From: Raillietiella orientalis
Taxonomy: Eukaryota
Direction: 5' to 3'
Assembly: GCA_036172245.1 (NCBI GenBank)
Contig: JAYWIR010000036.1
Location: 1,488,001 to 1,552,000 of the forward strand
DNA: 64,000 bases
Position 1 is the first letter of the stretch. Every line of letters begins with the position of its first letter. Below, piece by piece: positions 57,001 through 64,000 of this stretch. A model generated the notes under the pieces. That model was given only the letters and a program-made list of their open reading frames with translations, had not been told where the DNA came from and searched no databases. A program made the translations under genes and the position numbers.

Positions 57001-60000
57001 TCCCCAACAACACACGCGTTTCATGCTCAGTAAGCCCAAAAGCCCGTTCACTCCTCAGCGCACTTTCCCGTGGGATGCGTCCTAAGCACATCCAGAGCAA
57101 GTGAAACATGCGATCCGAATCATTCAAAGGGGGAGGGGGGGGGGGTGTTTTCCGAACACCTAGATGCACTTTCGGGCCAACAGGAAGCGTAACACATGCC
57201 ACCACATGCTCTTCGCATACTCCGATTTTACACACACGTCAGAATTTGGCGTGGGAATGAAAAAAAAAAAAAAAACAAGGCGTTCGATGCGTCGGGATGA
57301 AATCGAACGCTGCTCGGCTTCACGAACGCTTAAAAAAGGTCATGAAAACAGAGATGCCAAGTGCTTCCCATTCTCCCCTCCCCCCCAGGTATCATTAGGC
57401 GCCCGTTATCAATCGAAATGTGCCACACACACGTACACACGCGAGCGAGCGCGCAGGTCAAGTTTGTGAAAAAATAAAAATAAAAATAAAAATAAAAACA
57501 TCGAATTTTTCTCTCATTCCCGGACAACTCTTTCTTTGCTTGCTCAGGTAGGCAGCACGCGAGATCGGTTCGGGCGCAAAGGCTTACACTCCGGATTGCG
57601 ACATCAGAGATGCGCAAATGCCAAAAACCCATCCCTTTTCAACCTTACCCCGGTCTAATCCTCCCCATGAAGCAGGCCATCTGGACGCACTTGCACGAAA
57701 ATTTCAAGAGCTCGCACGTCTGCGGAGATCCATCACGGAACACGTGAAGACCAAAACGCTCAAGACTGACAAAAGACCAGCCTGCATCATGACCCGATAA
57801 GCTGCGACCATATCACTTTCGCCGCACAATTAATTTGCTTTTATACGATCAAATGGCAGCAGTGACGTCACGACTCCTAATAACACGCTTGTTCCCAGCA
57901 GCACTCTGGCGGGAAGCGATTTCTCACAGAACCAAAATGTCTGCCGGAGGAAAGGGTGGACGCGTATTTATCTTGCTCGAGTGGACGAGGATTCCTCGTC
58001 GACAGGAGGAGTCTTTGGGAACCGGGGATCTCCATCTCCCGGTCTCGCCCGTCGGTTTGCAGGCTACTCCTAGACGGGATTTCCCCTGGAAAATCACGGG
58101 TGCCTTCTGCCGCCGCATATAGCCTTCCTTATCTTTGCATGTTGGGATAGGACGGTGTTAAGAAACTTGGATGAATGAATCATCTCCGGTGGAAGGAGCA
58201 CGCATTGAGCGCTTCGAACGAAACAAAGCTGTGCGACTCCTGCAAAAGACAAATGGGAATGCAAATAAATGCAAAAATTTTCCTTAGTCCTCTGTTTGTT
58301 GCCTCGGCTGGGATTTATGGTTTACTATCGCTTCCCCGAAACGCTATGTCATTCAAGCACGTGGGTGAAGTATCGCCCAGAAGTGCCAGAGCTACCCAGA
58401 AGCTGTTCCCTTCTATCTTTTTCCTACATTCAGCTCCTGCCGCCACCCCCTCCCCCCTTCCCCGCCGCTTAGAATGGCGACTCCCGTTTTCATGTATGGG
58501 AGACTTGTATAACAACAGTTCACATCTTCGTGGGAATTGCAGCCCAACGCGTGCCGATCCTGGTAAACAAATGCACGACTAGGAATGCGTTCCCAGCAGC
58601 GGGCGAGCAATCCCTGGCGTCGCGTGCCGCGCTCCCCCTCCGTGCCGTGGATCTCCGTCGTCATCATCATCATCATCGGAAGGCTGGCGAAGAGCACACA
58701 TCCCGCCCGCTTTCGAAAAGTCGACTTTCCGCCGCTCGCCGATCGAGAGTGCCCAGTCGAGCCCCGGTTTTGCCCGGTCCTGGAAGCCGAGTGCGGGACA
58801 GATTGTGTTACAAGAAGCGACGCCTGTCCTTTGAGCGCTCACGGCTCTGTCACTGAGATGGCGAAAACGCTCAACTCTTAATTCCGTCACGTTGAGCAGA
58901 AAGCGTAGCTCGTCCCCCCCCCCCTCTCCTCCTCCTCCTCTCTTTTTTTTTTTTTTTTTTTCCCCCGTTCCAGCACGAGATTCGATGTTTCGACACACAC
59001 GTGCCTCCCATGACATATGGGTGCATTCGAGTTATTTCCGATGAGCTCGTTATCAGCAGTGCGCTACACTCAGAACATTAAAATCCTCAGTAGCAAAATC
59101 TCTGGCTGAAAGGTGGAAAAATCCGTTTCTCCTTCCCCCTCCCTCACAATTCTGTTCTTTTCTTCTTCTTTTTCCACCTGTCCACAAACACGTGGTTGCC
59201 ATGGTATTTTGAGCGCAGGGATTGTTGCCGGGCGGCGTAACAATGGGGCACTCGGTTGCGCACCGCCAATCACTTCTCGCGGTCGAATTATATGATGAGC
59301 ACTTTCAAAGACGGACAGTTGGGCTTCCGTTCCCTTCGACCAGCGCGGGTATCCCCGTTCTCTCGGCCTCGTGACACCTGTCAGCGATTCCCAGGTTCGG
59401 ATTTGTTTTCCTTTTTTTCTTTCACCTGTGATGTGTGTTCGATCAGAGGAGAGAAAGGAGAGTCTCATCCAAGTTTTGAGCCGTCGCATCGCATGTGTGT
59501 GCGCGTGCGTATGTTTTTTTTTTTTTGGAGGAGGAGGGGTTCTCCCCCCCCTCCCCCTTCCTGTTTTTGCCGCCGCTGCTCTCTCAAAGTTACTCTCCCG
59601 TCCTTCTCCCGTCGGGGACATTCAGGGTCCATCCAGCACTCGAGATGTGTGACCCGGCTACGCTTTGCGCAAAGCGAGACGCATTCTGCTGGTCCTCTCC
59701 CCCTCCCAGAGAAACGTGGCGCGAACGCGAGCGCGCTTCTCCCCAGGAGAGCGGTCGCCGCGCTACCGGAAAGCGGGATCCGCTCCGGGCACCGCCAATC
59801 CGAGCGCCTCCGGCCTTTCGTACCTCGTGCGCCGCTGCCCCCGCCTCGCGGTTCCGGAAACAGCTCTCGGTGTGTCGCGCTTTCCGGAGCCGGAGCGCTG
59901 CTCCATGTGAACGGTGCGACTAAGCAACGCCGCCTGGATGTGCACGGCTCCAAGAAGGGAAACAGACAGACAGGGAGGGAAGGGGAGAGGGGGAAAGTCG

Positions 60001-61841
60001 ACATTCTGTCGCGCGCAGTTCTGTTATCCTGCCGCGCTCTTCGCCCCCTCGCCGTCGTCTTCGACTCTAGCAGATCTCTCCGCTCTCTTTCCCTCTCTCG
60101 GTGGTTGACTAGTGCACGTGCTGAGGGGACAAGAAAGAGGGGAAGGGGAGGGGGAGACAGGCACGCACGCGTGTTGCGTTAAGGGCGATTTGCTTTTGCT
60201 CTTTTCGGGGAAGCAAGCTCTCCTGGGACCAGGAGGCAGATGACGGATGACCTGGCCCCTTCTCTTGCCGGCATTGCCTGCGTCTATCTCCCTCCCCACC
60301 TCGCCCCCCCCCCTCCTCCACTTTCTCTGTCTCCTCCGTCTCTGTGTGCATGTGCGTGCGTGTGTGGCTCGACCCACGTGATGCGGCCGCTGCGCTCGGG
60401 ACCGCAACGCACACGGACAGGTGGTGCGACGACGATACCAGCAGGACGTTACGCGAGACGGACGCAAAGAAAGATGAAGTCCCTCTCTGCCTCCAGGGAA
60501 GCTGCGTTCACGAGCCATGAAGCCGGCAGCAATTTCTTCCCGACATTCGGAAACGAGGTGGAGGGGAACTCCGTTCCCAATAAGGAGGAGATAAGGGACC
60601 TGGGAGGAGAACGGAGGGAGGGGAGAGGAATCTGCCCTCCAGAGGCAGATAACCCCTGTCTCCCACCGAGGCTGCCCAGTCGTGAAGAAACCGTCCCCGG
60701 GCGCGCCCTGGGCAGACAAGGGGAACATCCGCCGTTCGAGATAGCAGGCGAGGCGTGTCGCTCTAGCCGTCACCCGCGTGTCGGAAGTTCCCAGGATCCC
60801 TGGAAGGAGTGCTGGCTGAGCAGAGCCGCTTGTCAGCGGAAAGCTCGTCGCCCGTGGCGGAGGATCATGAGGACTCCATCGCCGCCGATCCTGCCCTCCG
60901 CTCTTTGTCTTCGGGAAAGTTGGCGATGTCGTCTGAGAGGCCCGCCCGTTGCCATGCTGCTGCTCGTGAGCGACGGAAGCGGTCGGTGCTCCTCGCCCGC
61001 GTGGAGACCGCTCGGTGACCGCCGGGCGCCCCAGGTCGGAGTTTCCGAGGCAAAGCTCGCTGTCGCGCCCCGCTGCTTCCTGCCACCTCAACGCTTCCGA
61101 AGCTTCCCACTGCGGTCACGGTATCTCGCCGACCCTCGCGCGCGAGGACGTGGGTAGAAGAATCGCGCGCCGGGGTGTTCGAAGTGGACTACTCGACCGG
61201 CAGTAGGGTGCAGAGGGAGCCGACTTGGCATCAGCTCACGATGGTCAGGGAGGCGAAGAAGGATCGGTCCCTGGCGCCAGTTGTGTTGCCTCGCTGACTG
61301 AAGGCGTCCCTCGCTTCCGTCGCTGGACGGTCCCTACGGGGTCATACTTGGCGCACGTCTTCCGCAACTGTTAACTGGTTTCCTCCGGGTCAGTATCGGG
61401 TTTTTCGATCTGTCCGTCTGCTGTCGTCAGGGTGCGCTCCAAGGCTGTAGCACCACTGCTCGAGTCGCACCAGGCGCCGATTCGTGGGGGGAGGCCCAAG
61501 TGATTTCGCTCCGCCGGCGGCGATGGGAGGCGACTCGCGCGTCTCCGCCACGAGCCACGCCCGCGCCCCCCAGAAGGAAGCGGCGGAAAGCGAAAATGAA
61601 AAAAAAAAAAAAAAAAGACCTTCTGATGTGGTTTACGATCCTTCTCTTTGCGTGGCTTCTTATCTGCTGCGGGATCTGCGTTGCCTGCTGGTTCCTCGGC
61701 CGATGGCAACCGGCCGGGGTGATTGATTGGGTTGCTACCTGAGGGAGCAGCCCTTAGAAACGAGTGGCGGCACAGATAGGCAGCATCAATCGATGACGAG
61801 TTGCGCAACTTTCCCATGTCTCCGCGAGTCTAACCTCTTCG

Positions 61842-62434
61842 TTTTTTTTTTTTTTTTGACTTCTGGGTTTGCGGGGGAGGGGGGGGGGTATCAATCGGTC
61901 CTCACGCGCACATCCCGGCAATCCGTTGCGCGTGCTCGCCCAGCCTCCGGGCTTCCCACCCTTGGCGGCGGCGGCGCGTTTCCGCCGGGATCCCAGGAAA
62001 CGGACGCGCGTTGTCTTGGAAAACGATCGCACCGGTGCTCGGAAGCGGCGGAGGCGTGAGCTGAGGGCGAGCGAGGCGGCCGAGGTCACGTCCTTCCGCA
62101 CCCTCAAGCCGTTCGTAAGGGGACAGATGCCAGCGCGACTCTTCCCGTTCTTCACGAGAGTGACTCGTGCCCGTTGGACCCCACTCCATCCTGCTCGGGG
62201 ATTTTTACAACCGGAGGGAAAGAATCCCGAAGGACTCCTTGGTTTCTGGAAGGGATCCCGGAGGGTCGACTTCCAATTCCAGCCAGTACCACAACCGAAT
62301 AGGCCAACCGGCGCCATCCTGCAGGGGTTACTCGAAACCCACGACGCATCCTTCATTCCTCAGCGTCGGCCCTTGCCCGGGCGGGATTCTAACCATCGAC
62401 GTTCGGTACCAGCCAGGGGCCAGGCGGCGTCGGA
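61842..62434 (-). repeat. Dispersed repeat, copy B (clear homology 62165-62434, weaker towards 61890), followed by TA + C10 and then A16
   Basis: Shared with copy C: tgcgtcgt(g/t)g(g/a)gtt(t/c)cgagt, cctgca..atggcgc(c/t)ggttggcc, ca(g/a)gatggag...acgggcac. It has a 36-nt deletion relative to copy A. Confidence 0.7.
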
Positions 62435-64000
62435 CAGGGACATGATCCCCTCGGACCGGTGTGCTTTCGGGCCCCCCAGTGCGGACGGCATGGGCTGGGA
62501 AATGCACGAATGCCGTAGGCGCCCGCTCAAAGGCCACCTCGATCCTTTCTTTGTCCCCTACGACGAGACTCCCACGGATCCTCCCGACCGGAAAGCAGGG
62601 ATCGTCCGGAACGGGGAGGGAGGGAGGGGGGAGGGTGAACACCGTTGTCAGGTACCCGCCTTCTGGCTGCTGCAGCACCGGTCAGATCTCCAGAAGGCGA
62701 GGCAGATGAGCGGCGCAGAGTCGTCTCCGGAATTCTAGGAGCAGATCCGGAACCTCCGCTAGAGGCGCCCGCGGCTCAGAGACCGAGCCAGCCCTATGGG
62801 TTGCATAAAGTGCTGCTGCTGCTGAGTGTGCTATAAATGGACCTGACTGCCCACTCGGGATGGAATTTCCTCAAAGCAGGTGGGCGTGGTCCGAGGATTC
62901 CTGGCATTCAGCACTTTGTTTCACTTGTGGGTTGTTCGCGCCAAGCCGCAACCTGAGATGATCGTCCCCCGGGAGACCCGTCACCCCAAGCCTGGAAGCT
63001 GCTATTTCCCCGGCCGCGCTTCCGGAAGGAGCCGGCCGCCATCTAGTCGGACGGGCAGCGAGGGACGCGTCTCCACGGCCGGACGACTCCCGAAGGAGCG
63101 CAGGGAAGAGCACGGAGGCTCAGACGGGGCAGACGCTGAGGCGCACTGCCAAGAGGATCCTGCACACCGATGCGGTCCTGATGCGCGGTGCTCGGCCGCA
63201 CGCACCCCGGGAGGAAGCGCGTGCACCACCAAGCCATGTTAGCGGATATGGCGTTACCTAAGGATGGCGCGTAGGGGCGCCACGACTCCGACCACTGTGC
63301 CAGCTTCGCTCTTTCCGCCCGCCCGGCTGATGAGAAGGGCGCGCGCCCATGCACAGGTGCGCGTGCGTCCCGAAGGGCGGAGAGCCAAAGCCGCGGAGGT
63401 CATGGGGTGCAGCGCGACGCTCGAAGCTGTCAGATCGCCCGGGGTTCCCCGCGCGCGCGCACGAGGGAGCGAGGCTCATTTAAGCCTCCTTCCATTTCTC
63501 TCCCCTCCCCATGGCAACGCGTCCTGCCTGCTGTAGAAAACCCTTCGGCGGTGCCGCCAGTAACTTTTCTCGCGCAGCTGGCGGCGCCGCAGCGTCACCC
63601 GCGCCTCTCCTCGTGGGCCGGGCACTCCTTCAGTAGCTTCCCACGGGAAGTGGGGACGGCGCCCCGCCCTCGGGGTCCGGGCCGTCGTTCGGAGGGGGAC
63701 CACCGAGTTCATGTCACTTGGGAGACTTGGGGCACTCCTGCCCCTCCGCGCGTGATCCGCGGGGCAGAGTAGCGACCCTTTCCAGAGGGAAAGAGGGCGA
63801 GAAGCGGGAGAGACGAACCAAGGGGGCACGCGGCTCTCCCTTCCTCCTGACCCTGCGTGTGCTCGGAAGAAGCCCCTCTTCCTCCTGCGGCCCGGGTACT
63901 TCAAGAAGTCTCCGGAGGCTCGGGGCTCCTCTCGGTTTCCCCTCTCATCCTTCCAAGGAAGACTTGCAAGGGACAGAAGGGGGAGGCAAAACTGGGAGCG

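Noticed and set aside
62832..62837. TATAAA box before ORF 62880-63242
   Set aside because: The ORF starts at GTG and has no recognisable product; an isolated hexamer is insufficient evidence.
50700..64000. Long ORFs upstream of MRL (e.g. 50893-51852, 60024-61091, 60240-61157, 61869-62738)
   Set aside because: No recognisable motifs or transposase/reverse transcriptase signatures, and the region is interspersed with homopolymer tracts; it is most likely intronic or regulatory DNA.

Overview
Eukaryotic (metazoan) genomic DNA with short spliceosomal introns; an arthropod origin is my inference from the MRL-protein motifs and the 18S fragment. Three genes could be reconstructed exon by exon: V-ATPase V1 subunit B (+, 4385-11133, 9 exons, one GC-AG intron), a sideroflexin (+, 25977-34495, 9 exons) and an MRL adaptor of the Pico/MIG-10/RIAM/lamellipodin family (-, 42005-49732, 8 coding exons). 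An unidentified spliced coiled-coil gene lies on the - strand at about 14.4-20.4 kb. The window alternates sharply between AT-rich, CpG-poor blocks and GC-rich, CpG-rich blocks, and one boundary falls inside the sideroflexin gene. The most unusual observation is in sideroflexin intron 3: about 700 bp of hairpin-rich sequence running directly into the 5' end of 18S rRNA. Two further diverged copies of that upstream sequence, without 18S, occur on the - strand at about 53.6-54.05 kb and 61.9-62.43 kb, and both end in TA followed by a C-run. This suggests a dispersed repeat family derived from the rDNA 5' external transcribed spacer (ETS), or a SINE-like family linked to rDNA. Most long ORFs in the GC-rich parts are probably spurious. 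All alignments and counts were done by eye; no database was searched.
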